Part shown: positions 8,666 through 16,921 of the stretch, piece by piece
Layout: each line of letters starts with the position of its first letter
How positions within the stretch are numbered: position 1 is the stretch's first letter
Origin: an uncultured Polaribacter sp.
GTDB lineage: Bacteria > Bacteroidota > Bacteroidia > Flavobacteriales > Flavobacteriaceae
DNA: 64,000 nt
Direction of reading: 5' to 3'
NCBI GenBank assembly: GCA_965233795.1
Contig: OZ247578.1
Span: 313,878-377,877, forward strand
Notes under the pieces: generated by a model
What the model saw: the letters and a program-made list of their open reading frames with translations, nothing else
Databases searched by the model: none
Told to the model about the DNA's origin: nothing
Translations under genes and position numbers: made by a program

Positions 8666-9763
8666 TTATGAAACCTTCGTCATTTTCCCTTTCTGTTTCG
8701 CTTCTTCGTTACGTTCAATGGTATGATCGGGTCGTGTCCATTTGGGTTTTTCTCCCAACGATTCGTATTTCGAGTTTTTAGCTTCTACTGTTTCTGGTTG
8801 CGATTTTTTTACAAAAGGTTTTTGTGGGTTTAACCCTAATAATTCAAACATTTTCATGTCTTCATTAACATCTGGATTAGGAGTAGTTAACAATTTATCC
8901 CCCGCAAAAATAGAATTTGCTCCCGCAAAAAAGCATAGGGCTTGTCCTTCTCTACTCATATCTGTTCTTCCCGCAGATAAACGTACTTGGGTTTGAGGCA
9001 TTACAATACGCGTGGTAGCTACCATACGAATCATATCCCAAATAGCTACAGGTTTTTGATCTTCTAAAGGAGTTCCATCAACCGCTACTAAGGCGTTGAT
9101 AGGCACAGATTCGGGTTGTGGATTTAATGTTGCTAGCGCTACTAACATGCCTGCTCTGTCTTCCGCTTTTTCTCCCATACCAATAATTCCGCCAGAACAA
9201 ACCGTTACATTGGTTTTTCTAACATTGTCAATCGTATCCAAACGGTCTTGATAACCTCTGGTAGAAATCACTTCTTTATAATATTCTTCTGAGGAGTCTA
9301 GATTGTGATTATATGCGTACAGACCCGCTTCTGCCAGACGTTGCGCCTGATTTTCGGTAATCATTCCCAAAGTACAGCAAACTTCCATGTCGAGCTTATT
9401 AATGGTTCTCACCATTTCTAAAACTTGGTCAAATTCTGGCCCGTCTTTTACGTTTCTCCAAGCTGCACCCATACAAACTCTAGAGCTTCCTGAAGCTTTT
9501 GCACGTAAGGCTTGCGCTTTTACATGCGGAACCGTCATTAAATCATTCCCTTCGATATCTGTATGATATCTTGCTGCTTGCGGACAATAGCCGCAATCTT
9601 CTGGGCAACCACCTGTTTTAATAGAAAGTAAAGTAGAAACCTGAACCGTATTTGGGTCGTGGTGTTTTCTATGAATGGTAGCTGCTTCGTATAGCAATTC
9701 CATTAAGGGTTTGTTATAGATGGCTAGAATCTCTTCTTGTGTCCAGTTATGTTTTGCGCTCAT
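8666..9763 (-). CDS. bioB: Biotin synthase BioB (radical SAM)
   Basis: 365 aa. CPEDCGYCPQ radical-SAM cluster motif and full-length BioB-like sequence, with a ~40-aa lysine-rich C-terminal tail. Confidence 0.97.
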   Translation of the reverse strand: MSAKHNWTQEEILAIYNKPLMELLYEAATIHRKHHDPNTVQVSTLLSIKTGGCPEDCGYCPQAARYHTDIEGNDLMTVPHVKAQALRAKASGSSRVCMGAAWRNVKDGPEFDQVLEMVRTINKLDMEVCCTLGMITENQAQRLAEAGLYAYNHNLDSSEEYYKEVISTRGYQDRLDTIDNVRKTNVTVCSGGIIGMGEKAEDRAGMLVALATLNPQPESVPINALVAVDGTPLEDQKPVAIWDMIRMVATTRIVMPQTQVRLSAGRTDMSREGQALCFFAGANSIFAGDKLLTTPNPDVNEDMKMFELLGLNPQKPFVKKSQPETVEAKNSKYESLGEKPKWTRPDHTIERNEEAKQKGKMTKVS

Positions 9764-9820
9764 AAATTTGCGTTGATTTTACGATTCAAAAATAGTTATA
9801 TTCTTAAAATAAAAACACTT

Positions 9821-10918
9821 TTAATTCACCAATTCTCTTCCCAATTGTGCTAAAAAAGGAATGCCAATGGTTTCATATTCATAGATACCATCGTTATATA
9901 TTTGATTTTTATTTACATGAATCGTAGCAGTAATAATATATTTTTTATTGGATTTTTTGTTGATGATATATGCACAGTCGGTTAAATAACCATAAGCATA
10001 ACCTACTTTATTGAAGATTTCTATATGATTGGGCATCGACTCTTTAGTATCACCAAACAAAAAGAATTTTACGTAACTATCATAATACTCATCCACATTA
10101 TAACCTACTTCTTTGGGGAGTATTTTCATGGTGTTGATTAGAAACTCTCGATCTTCTTTAGACAAATGAAATTGTTGTTTTTTAGCATAAAGTTGTGGGA
10201 AAAATATACGCTTCATCATTTCATGTAAGGAAGTAAGAGGCAAATAATTTTTTTTAGAGAAGTCCATGGGCGTTTTTACCAAGCTATCACCAACGGTATA
10301 TCCAATGCCTTTTTGTAAACGGTTTAGTTTTAGAGATTGTATGGAATCATTTACAACAGATTTGGTTTCATAAATGAGGCTATCATTTTTATAAAATGTG
10401 AGTTTTTTAGTTTTTAAAGCCCCTGAATTTGCAACAGACAATCTGTGTGAGATTCGAGCAGAAATTCCTTTATGATGAAGCAACCTATTGATATCGTCTT
10501 TTCCTATATATTCAAACAAACGATTATAAGCATCGTTATCGCTTACGGCAAAAATCTTTTTAATTTCTTTAGCGATGGTTGTTTTTATAGAATCGCCTTC
10601 CACTAAAAACAGTGTATTTCTATCAATCTTTTTTTGTTGATTCATTTTTTCTAACGCTAAAATGGCAATCGGAAATTTTACAGAACTCGCAGGATAAAAA
10701 TAGTTGCTATCATTTACTTGAAAAGAAGCCTCTTTAAAAGAAATCGTATTGTTTTTTTCTAGTACTTCAGAGAATAGTATTTGTATTTCATGTTGTTGAA
10801 TCTTGTCTACAACTGTTTTTATTTTAGGATGTTTAGAGCTTAAAGCGTTTTCTAAATCGTTTTTTTTAGAGCAACTTAAAAGAAGTAATAGCAGGCTTAG
10901 AGAAAGGTTTTTTATCAT
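9821..10918 (-). CDS. Exported class A beta-lactamase-fold serine hydrolase lipoprotein
   Basis: 365 aa. Lipobox LLLLLLSCSKK. SxxK (ASSVKF), SDN (VSDNDAYN) and KxG (NKVGYAYG) motifs occur in class A order. Confidence 0.68.
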   Translation of the reverse strand: MIKNLSLSLLLLLLSCSKKNDLENALSSKHPKIKTVVDKIQQHEIQILFSEVLEKNNTISFKEASFQVNDSNYFYPASSVKFPIAILALEKMNQQKKIDRNTLFLVEGDSIKTTIAKEIKKIFAVSDNDAYNRLFEYIGKDDINRLLHHKGISARISHRLSVANSGALKTKKLTFYKNDSLIYETKSVVNDSIQSLKLNRLQKGIGYTVGDSLVKTPMDFSKKNYLPLTSLHEMMKRIFFPQLYAKKQQFHLSKEDREFLINTMKILPKEVGYNVDEYYDSYVKFFLFGDTKESMPNHIEIFNKVGYAYGYLTDCAYIINKKSNKKYIITATIHVNKNQIYNDGIYEYETIGIPFLAQLGRELVN

Positions 10919-10960
10919 CCTTTGTAATTGATTGAAGAAAGTTAAAATTAAGGAAAATTT

Positions 10961-12139
10961 TTATTTTTCAATGAGTATTGATACCGCATTTCCACCAAAA
11001 CCAACAGCATTTACCAATATTTTTTTAAGTTCTTTGGGTGGTGATTGTTTTTCCGCAAAAGGAACTGGAATTACTTCTTGGTATTTTAGCATGAGTAAGG
11101 CTAATTCTAAACTTAACATTCCTGAAGTACCAAACGTATGTCCTAATTTCCATTTGTTAGTAGTTAAAAAAGGAATTTTGTTAAAAAACACTTTTTGAAT
11201 GGCATTATATTCCGAAAAATCTCCTTTTAACGTACCTGGTGCGTGCATCACAATAGCATCAATTTCATCAGGAGAAGTGAATCCCAAAGCCATTTTCATG
11301 GATCTTTGAAAACATTGAGCTTCGGTAGAAATGGAAGTATGATGTTCTAAAATTTCTGTTGCATAACCTATTCCTGTAATAAGCGCTAATCTGTTTTGTT
11401 GTATGCCTTTTTCTAAACAGCTTACTGCAGCACCTTCACCAAGAACCATGGTGTTTTTTTTCTTTTTGAAATCGAGTGCGCGACAAGGGTACGATACTTC
11501 ATCGCATTCATGGGATACTTCATTGCATTCAGTATAAACTTTTAGGGCTTGCATTTGTGCGATGGTAAAATCAGTTAAAGGCGCTTCACTTCCGCCAACT
11601 AAAAATTTATCGGAGAGTCCTGCTTGTATCCAAGCAATACCATTTAAAACAGCATGTAAGGCGGTAGAGCAGGTGATAGAATGCGAAATTTCTGGACCTT
11701 TTGTTTGTAAATCATGCGCAACCCAAGAAGAAATATTTCCCAAAGTAGTAGTTGGTGAACTTAAAATAGCGGTTTTTTGAGTTTTTAAAAAAGCAGTGTG
11801 GTGCTTTTCAAAAAGAGCTGTAGCGCCTCTTGAAGATCCTATGTTAATTCCAAAATCGTCACCTACTTTCCAACCCGCTTTTAAACAAGCCTTTCTAGCT
11901 ACTAAAATTGCATATAAAACGGTGTTGTCTAAGTTTTTGTATTTTAAAGATGCTGTTTTTAAAGCAACGATTTCTTTTTGATCTTCTTCGGATATTTTTG
12001 CTACCCAAGCAGTAAAATTTTCAAATGCTGTTTTAGAAATAGAATGTTGCTTGCTTTTATATCTTTTCCAAATAGAGGTTTCATTATTTCCTAAAGCGGA
12101 AATAGAAGATATGGCGGTAATGGAAATAGGTTGAAACAA
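10961..12139 (-). CDS. Beta-ketoacyl synthase (KAS I/II-like, Cys-His-His triad) embedded in the biotin cluster
   Basis: 392 aa. Active-site Cys SITCSTALHAV, His in VMHAPGT, Lys/His in NKWKLGHTFGTSG, C-terminal GFGGNA. Confidence 0.85.
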   Translation of the reverse strand: MFQPISITAISSISALGNNETSIWKRYKSKQHSISKTAFENFTAWVAKISEEDQKEIVALKTASLKYKNLDNTVLYAILVARKACLKAGWKVGDDFGINIGSSRGATALFEKHHTAFLKTQKTAILSSPTTTLGNISSWVAHDLQTKGPEISHSITCSTALHAVLNGIAWIQAGLSDKFLVGGSEAPLTDFTIAQMQALKVYTECNEVSHECDEVSYPCRALDFKKKKNTMVLGEGAAVSCLEKGIQQNRLALITGIGYATEILEHHTSISTEAQCFQRSMKMALGFTSPDEIDAIVMHAPGTLKGDFSEYNAIQKVFFNKIPFLTTNKWKLGHTFGTSGMLSLELALLMLKYQEVIPVPFAEKQSPPKELKKILVNAVGFGGNAVSILIEK

Positions 12140-12198
12140 GTCTTTTATTTTAGGTAATGCTTACAAATGTAAAACATTGTTTAATGATTGTTTAAAGA

Positions 12199-12225
12199 TT
12201 TGACAACTTTTCAAAAGTTGTCAAA
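12199..12225. repeat. Family D palindrome TTTGACAACTTTTCAAAAGTTGTCAAA (copy 1)
   Basis: Read directly. It overlaps the bioA stop codon (12221-12223). A second copy lies at 23533-23560. Confidence 0.88.
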
Positions 12226-13486
12226 CTTCTTCTAACACTTGCTCAATAGCGGTATACACTTTTTCCAATTGTTCAGGTGTAATTACATACGGAGCTTGAA
12301 TATAAATAGTATTTCCTAGCGGTCGTAAAAACACACCTTTATTCATAAAAAAATCGAACAATTGATCGCGTAAATTCCCATATCGTTCCATTTGGACATC
12401 CAAATCTAGGGCATAAATTATCCCTTTTTGCCGAGTAGATTTTACTTTGGGATGGTTTTGAATTCGTTTATCAAAGGCTTCATGCGAAGCTACAATCTGC
12501 TGTATGTTTTCTTGTATTTCTGATGAAGTCAACAATTCAATTCCTGCCAAAGCTGCCGTACATGCCAACGGGTTCGCAGAATAGGTATGTCCGTGAAACA
12601 AACCTTTTTTGATATCATCGCTATAAAAAGCATCATAAATTTCTTGAGAGCAACTTGTAATTGCCATGGGTAAAAGCCCTGCGGTTAGTGCCTTGCTTAA
12701 ACAAATAATATCAGGTTTTTCATGCATGTATTCTGAAGCAAAGTATTTTCCTGTCTTTCCAAATCCTGTCATTACCTCATCGGCAACTGTAATAATTTGA
12801 TGTTGTTTAAAAAAGGATAAAATACGATCTAAGCCTTCGACGTTGTGCATTTTCATAGCGGCTGCACCTTGTACCAAAGGCTCGTAGACAAATCCCGCTA
12901 TTTCATATATTTTTACAAGTATTTCTAGTTGTTGTAAAATTGCATCGTGGTTTTCTCCATTAGGAGTAGGAATTCGTTGTACGTCTAAGAAAAAATCTTC
13001 AAACGGACCGTTGTATACCGATAAGCCAGAAACACTCATCGCACCAAAAGTATCGCCATGAAAACCGTCTTCAAAAGCGACTAACGTGCTTCTTTTTTCA
13101 CCTTTATTAAAATGATATTGCAGCGCCATTTTAATTCCAATTTCCACAGCAGAAGAACCATTGTCTGAAAAGAAAATCTTTTGCTGATTTTCAGGTAAAA
13201 TTTCAATGAGTTTTTCTGATAATTCAATAGCAGGTTGGTGTGTAAACCCACTAAAAACTACCTGATCTAATTGTTGCATTTGGTTAGAAACTCTATTTGT
13301 GATGTACTCATTACAATGTCCGTACATAGCAGTATACCACGAAGCAATGGCATCAATATATTCATTGCCATTTTCATCTGTTAAAATACATCCTTTTGCT
13401 CTGATAATTGCCAGTGTTTCAGGATGTGTTTTATGTTGCGTTAGTGGATGCCAAAGGTGTTTTTTATCGCGTTCTTGTAGCATCAT
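12221..13486 (-). CDS. bioA: Adenosylmethionine-8-amino-7-oxononanoate aminotransferase BioA
   Basis: 421 aa. Class III aminotransferase with LWHPLTQ, ADEVMTGFGKTGK and LSKALTAG (PLP Lys). Confidence 0.95.
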   Translation of the reverse strand: MMLQERDKKHLWHPLTQHKTHPETLAIIRAKGCILTDENGNEYIDAIASWYTAMYGHCNEYITNRVSNQMQQLDQVVFSGFTHQPAIELSEKLIEILPENQQKIFFSDNGSSAVEIGIKMALQYHFNKGEKRSTLVAFEDGFHGDTFGAMSVSGLSVYNGPFEDFFLDVQRIPTPNGENHDAILQQLEILVKIYEIAGFVYEPLVQGAAAMKMHNVEGLDRILSFFKQHQIITVADEVMTGFGKTGKYFASEYMHEKPDIICLSKALTAGLLPMAITSCSQEIYDAFYSDDIKKGLFHGHTYSANPLACTAALAGIELLTSSEIQENIQQIVASHEAFDKRIQNHPKVKSTRQKGIIYALDLDVQMERYGNLRDQLFDFFMNKGVFLRPLGNTIYIQAPYVITPEQLEKVYTAIEQVLEEV

Positions 13487-14097
13487 ACTATTTGTTGAAA
13501 TTTTTCTGCATAATCTTTCACTACATTTTTATCAAAATAAGGTTCTTCATCTATACGTCCAAGAACAGGTACACCGGTCATTTTTTTGATGATTTCTTCT
13601 GTAGAAGGGTGCTCATTTCCACTAAAAATAAGCGCAACATCAAACCCTTTTTCTTGTAATAATTTTACGGTTAGTAGTGTGTGATTGATGCTCCCCAAAT
13701 AGTGACGAGATACTACAATTACGGTATAATCTGGAGGGATGATGTCTAAAATAGTATCCGTATCGTTTAAAGGAACTAAGAGTCCTCCAGCACCTTCAAC
13801 AACTAAATGATTGTTTGTTTTAGGAGGCGTGATTTTAGTCAATTCAATGTCAATATTATCAATTGCAGCAGCGGCATGCGGACTCATAGGTGTTTGCAAA
13901 GCATAACTATTTTTATGAAATACCGATTTGGAATTAGAAATCAATTTTTCAACTTTATAGGTATCAGAATTATCCAAATCGCCTGCTTGTATAGGTTTCC
14001 AATAATCGGCTTCTAAAGCTTCTACTAAAATAGCCGAAACAATGGTTTTTCCTACTTCGGTAGAAATGCCAGTAATGAAGTATTTTTTAGAGTTCAT
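13483..14097 (-). CDS. bioD: Dethiobiotin synthase BioD
   Basis: 204 aa. P-loop-like GISTEVGKT and VVEGAGGLLVP. Overlaps the bioA start by 4 nt (ATGA). Confidence 0.93.
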   Translation of the reverse strand: MNSKKYFITGISTEVGKTIVSAILVEALEADYWKPIQAGDLDNSDTYKVEKLISNSKSVFHKNSYALQTPMSPHAAAAIDNIDIELTKITPPKTNNHLVVEGAGGLLVPLNDTDTILDIIPPDYTVIVVSRHYLGSINHTLLTVKLLQEKGFDVALIFSGNEHPSTEEIIKKMTGVPVLGRIDEEPYFDKNVVKDYAEKFQQIV

Positions 14098-14111
14098 ATT
14101 TTCGTTCTATC

Positions 14112-14136
14112 GTCATGCTGAACTTGTTTCAGCATC
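14112..14136. repeat. Family B hairpin repeat GTCATGCTGAACTTGTTTCAGCATC
   Basis: Stem ATGCTGAA/TTCAGCAT, with the GTCAT flank at the left end. Lies between bioD and the GIY-YIG gene. Confidence 0.9.
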
Positions 14137-14150
14137 GCATCTTAATATTA

Positions 14151-14429
14151 TTAGTAATCTAAGGTTTTTAATCTAGGGTTTAATTTCTTAATTAAATTCA
14201 ATTTCCATTCTTTGTGCCAATTTTTTAATTGTTTTTCTCTTGCAATTGCTAGATTAATATCTAAAAATTCTTCAAAATAGATCAAATCTTTTACATTATA
14301 TTTTTTGGTAAATAAAGAAGCAGTTTCTTCATAATGCTCATATAATCTTTTTTCTAAATTGGCTGTCACTCCAATATAAAAGGTTGTTCTATATTTATTT
14401 GTCAATATATAGATATAGCTCTTTTTCAT
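14151..14429 (-). CDS. GIY-YIG nuclease family protein (small stand-alone URI domain)
   Basis: 92 aa. YIYILTN...TFYIGVTANLEKRLYEH...AREKQLKNW matches the GIY-YIG / R / E / N motif order. Confidence 0.9.
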   Translation of the reverse strand: MKKSYIYILTNKYRTTFYIGVTANLEKRLYEHYEETASLFTKKYNVKDLIYFEEFLDINLAIAREKQLKNWHKEWKLNLIKKLNPRLKTLDY

Positions 14430-14442
14430 TCCTTAGCGTTAT

Positions 14443-14470
14443 GTGACCCTGAAACAAGTTCAGGGTGACG
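14443..14470. repeat. Family B hairpin repeat GTGACCCTGAAACAAGTTCAGGGTGACG, inverted relative to 14112-14136
   Basis: Stem ACCCTGAA/TTCAGGGT, with the GTCAC flank at the right end. Lies between the GIY-YIG gene and bioF. Confidence 0.9.
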
Positions 14471-14479
14471 ATTTTAAAT

Positions 14480-15628
14480 TTATTGATCTTTCACAAAAGT
14501 ACACAACAACTCCAAAACAAGTGTAATTTCTTCCTTAGAATTGTAATTGTGTAAACAAAAGCGCAACCGTTCTTCACCTTTAGAAACGGTAGGAGATAGA
14601 ATAGGTTTTATTTCGAATCCTTTTTCTTGTAAGGTTTTAGCAATCTGATGTATATTTTTCTCATTGGGAATAATACAACAATGAATTGCAGAGGTGCTTT
14701 TTATAAAAAAAGAAGCTAACTTCAATCGGTTTATTTCTTCATTAAAAAAGGCAATGTTCTCTTGCAATTGTTTTTGATTAGAAGTATTTTCGAGCGTTTT
14801 ATACCCCATTTTTATCGTAGCTAAAGCGTGTGGAGGAAGTGCTGTTGTGTAGATAAAACTTCTAGAAAAATTGACTAAATAATTTTTTAGATTTTTACTC
14901 CCTAAAATAGCAGCACCATGGCATCCTAATGCTTTCCCGAAAGTTACAATTCTTGCAAAAACACTATTTTCTATACCTAATGTTTGTATTTTTCCACAGC
15001 CTTGTTTTCCAAAAACACCTAAGGAATGCGCTTCGTCTACCACAAAATGTGCTCGGTATTTTTCACAAAGTTTTGCCATAGCAAGTATATCGGGCGTATC
15101 TCCATCCATAGAAAATACGGCTTCTGTAACTACATAGATTTCATTTTTGTCATGCTGAACTCGTTTCAGCATCTCATTCAAATTGTTTACATCATTGTGC
15201 TGAAATTTATACCCTTTTGCTTTGCATAACTGAATGCCGTCTCTAATAGAAGCGTGGATAAATTCGTCATACAAAACAATATCTCCACGTTGTGGAATGG
15301 CTCCAAAAAAACCCAAATTGGCATTGTACCCTGAGTTAAAAATTAGAGCGGCTTCGGATTGATGAAATGTACAAATGTCTTTTTCAACTTCCTCGTACAA
15401 ATCAGAATTTCCAGAAAGCAATCGAGATCCTGTTGCCCCATTCGCAATAAGATGGTTGTTTTTTAGGAATTGATGTACTTTCTCAAAAATTGCAGTAGAT
15501 TTTGCAAAACCCAAATAATCATTCGAAGAAAAGTCGATAGTATTTAAAGGCTTTTGTAAAGAACGAAAAGCATGGTCAACTTTTCGTTTTTCTAATTTTT
15601 CTAAGAGTTTTTTTGGAAAGTGCTCCAT
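14480..15628 (-). CDS. bioF: 8-amino-7-oxononanoate synthase BioF
   Basis: 382 aa. VTEAVFSMDGD, VDEAHSLG, TFGKALG (PLP Lys). Confidence 0.93.
   Translation of the reverse strand: MEHFPKKLLEKLEKRKVDHAFRSLQKPLNTIDFSSNDYLGFAKSTAIFEKVHQFLKNNHLIANGATGSRLLSGNSDLYEEVEKDICTFHQSEAALIFNSGYNANLGFFGAIPQRGDIVLYDEFIHASIRDGIQLCKAKGYKFQHNDVNNLNEMLKRVQHDKNEIYVVTEAVFSMDGDTPDILAMAKLCEKYRAHFVVDEAHSLGVFGKQGCGKIQTLGIENSVFARIVTFGKALGCHGAAILGSKNLKNYLVNFSRSFIYTTALPPHALATIKMGYKTLENTSNQKQLQENIAFFNEEINRLKLASFFIKSTSAIHCCIIPNEKNIHQIAKTLQEKGFEIKPILSPTVSKGEERLRFCLHNYNSKEEITLVLELLCTFVKDQ
15149..15173. repeat. Family B hairpin repeat GTCATGCTGAACTCGTTTCAGCATC located inside the bioF coding sequence
   Basis: Read directly. 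On the minus strand it is translated in frame as MLKRVQHD within ...NNLNEMLKRVQHDKNEIYVVTE... Confidence 0.88.
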
Positions 15629-15700
15629 CTTTACAAAAATACAAAATGTTCCATACAGTAATCATTGTCCGTTTGTATCTTTACACTTTTAAAACAGGTC

Positions 15701-16057
15701 ATGCAAAAAAACACAGATTTAAAAGAGAAATGGGATTTTTTAGTAGCCAAACTAACAGCAGATTTTGCAGACGGTGAAGAATTAAATGTAGATGGAATTA
15801 TCTATTTGATTGGTGTTCAGGAATTAGGACAAGGGCATAGGCGCTTTAAAAAAGATGAAAAAGTAAACTTAATGCACATTGCCATTTGTAAGCTCTTAGA
15901 ACCTTATGGTTATTATGAGTTTGATTATTTTGATGAAGACGGTTGGCCACATTACAAAGTACTTACAGAATTGCCCAATCTAAAAGCAGGCGAACAAACG
16001 GTATTAATGAAAGAAGCGATTGTGAGTTATTTTGACGTTATTGACTTTTTTAAGTAA
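15701..16057 (+). CDS. Hypothetical protein (118 aa from the first ATG)
   Basis: The ORF-track frame 15665-16057 begins at TTG. The first ATG, at 15701, gives MQKNTDLKEKWDF... No recognisable motifs. Confidence 0.55.
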   Translation: MQKNTDLKEKWDFLVAKLTADFADGEELNVDGIIYLIGVQELGQGHRRFKKDEKVNLMHIAICKLLEPYGYYEFDYFDEDGWPHYKVLTELPNLKAGEQTVLMKEAIVSYFDVIDFFK

Positions 16058-16844
16058 CAGATAACTTTCGAATCATTTTTGAAAGCAATTTAGGAAAGAA
16101 TCTTTTTACAAAAACGGCTAATTTTTCTTTGAACCCTCCAATATAAACTTCCTCTTTTTTCTTGTGGATTGCCTTTGCCATGAGTGTTGCGAATTTTGAA
16201 GGAGCAATTCCGTTTTGGGTAGCGGTATCCATTTTTTCTTGAGGTGTTCCATCACCTGTTAAAGCATTGATGGAAACATTGGTATTTACAAAACCAGGAC
16301 AAACTAAAGTAACTGCAATATTATCTTTGTGATGTTCTGCACGTAAACTATCAAAAAAACCATGCAACGCATGTTTAGAAGCCGCATAACTAGAACGCAA
16401 AGGCGTTCCAATCTTCCCAACAATACTTGTAGTGGTTACAAAATGTCCTTTTCCGTTTTTAATAAAATAAGGCAAAACAGCTTTGGTAAGCGCAACAGTT
16501 CCTATATAATTGATTTCTAAAATGCGTTTGTCCACAGCAATTTGAGTATCTTTTACTAGAGAACGTTGACTAATTCCGCCATTATTTACTAAAATATCAA
16601 TCGTTCCAAAGCAAGAAAAAGTTTCGCTAACTTTTATATCAAAAGTGTTATAATCTTCTAAATCTAAGGGAATTATTTTTACCCATGCTGGATTTTTACA
16701 AACTTTTTTTACAGCTTCTAAAGTTTCTTTTCTACGAGAAGATAAAATTAATTTTGCATTTCTACGGGCTAATTCTATCGCCAATGCTTTCCCTATTCCA
16801 GAAGAAGCACCTGTAATCCAAATAACCTTATTTGTAAAATTCAT
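16050..16844 (-). CDS. SDR-family oxidoreductase
   Basis: The ORF-track frame extends to 17084, but the SDR domain begins at the internal Met at 16844 (MNFTNKVIWITGASSGIGKA). NNGG and YAASK (YxxxK) motifs are present. Confidence 0.85.
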   Translation of the reverse strand: MNFTNKVIWITGASSGIGKALAIELARRNAKLILSSRRKETLEAVKKVCKNPAWVKIIPLDLEDYNTFDIKVSETFSCFGTIDILVNNGGISQRSLVKDTQIAVDKRILEINYIGTVALTKAVLPYFIKNGKGHFVTTTSIVGKIGTPLRSSYAASKHALHGFFDSLRAEHHKDNIAVTLVCPGFVNTNVSINALTGDGTPQEKMDTATQNGIAPSKFATLMAKAIHKKKEEVYIGGFKEKLAVFVKRFFPKLLSKMIRKLSVT

Positions 16845-16921
16845 CGTATGTAATTTTAATACCAATGTAGCTATTTTTAATTTAGAAATAGTAATTTTGA
16901 GAAATTCCATATAAAAACAAT

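Noticed and set aside
9821-10918. The idea that the beta-lactamase-fold serine hydrolase in the biotin cluster is a BioH/BioG-type pimeloyl-ACP methyl ester esterase.
   Set aside because: It has a clear lipoprotein export signal (LLLLLLSCSKK), so it should act outside the cytoplasm, which is incompatible with an ACP-linked cytosolic substrate. It is more likely an unrelated insertion in the cluster.
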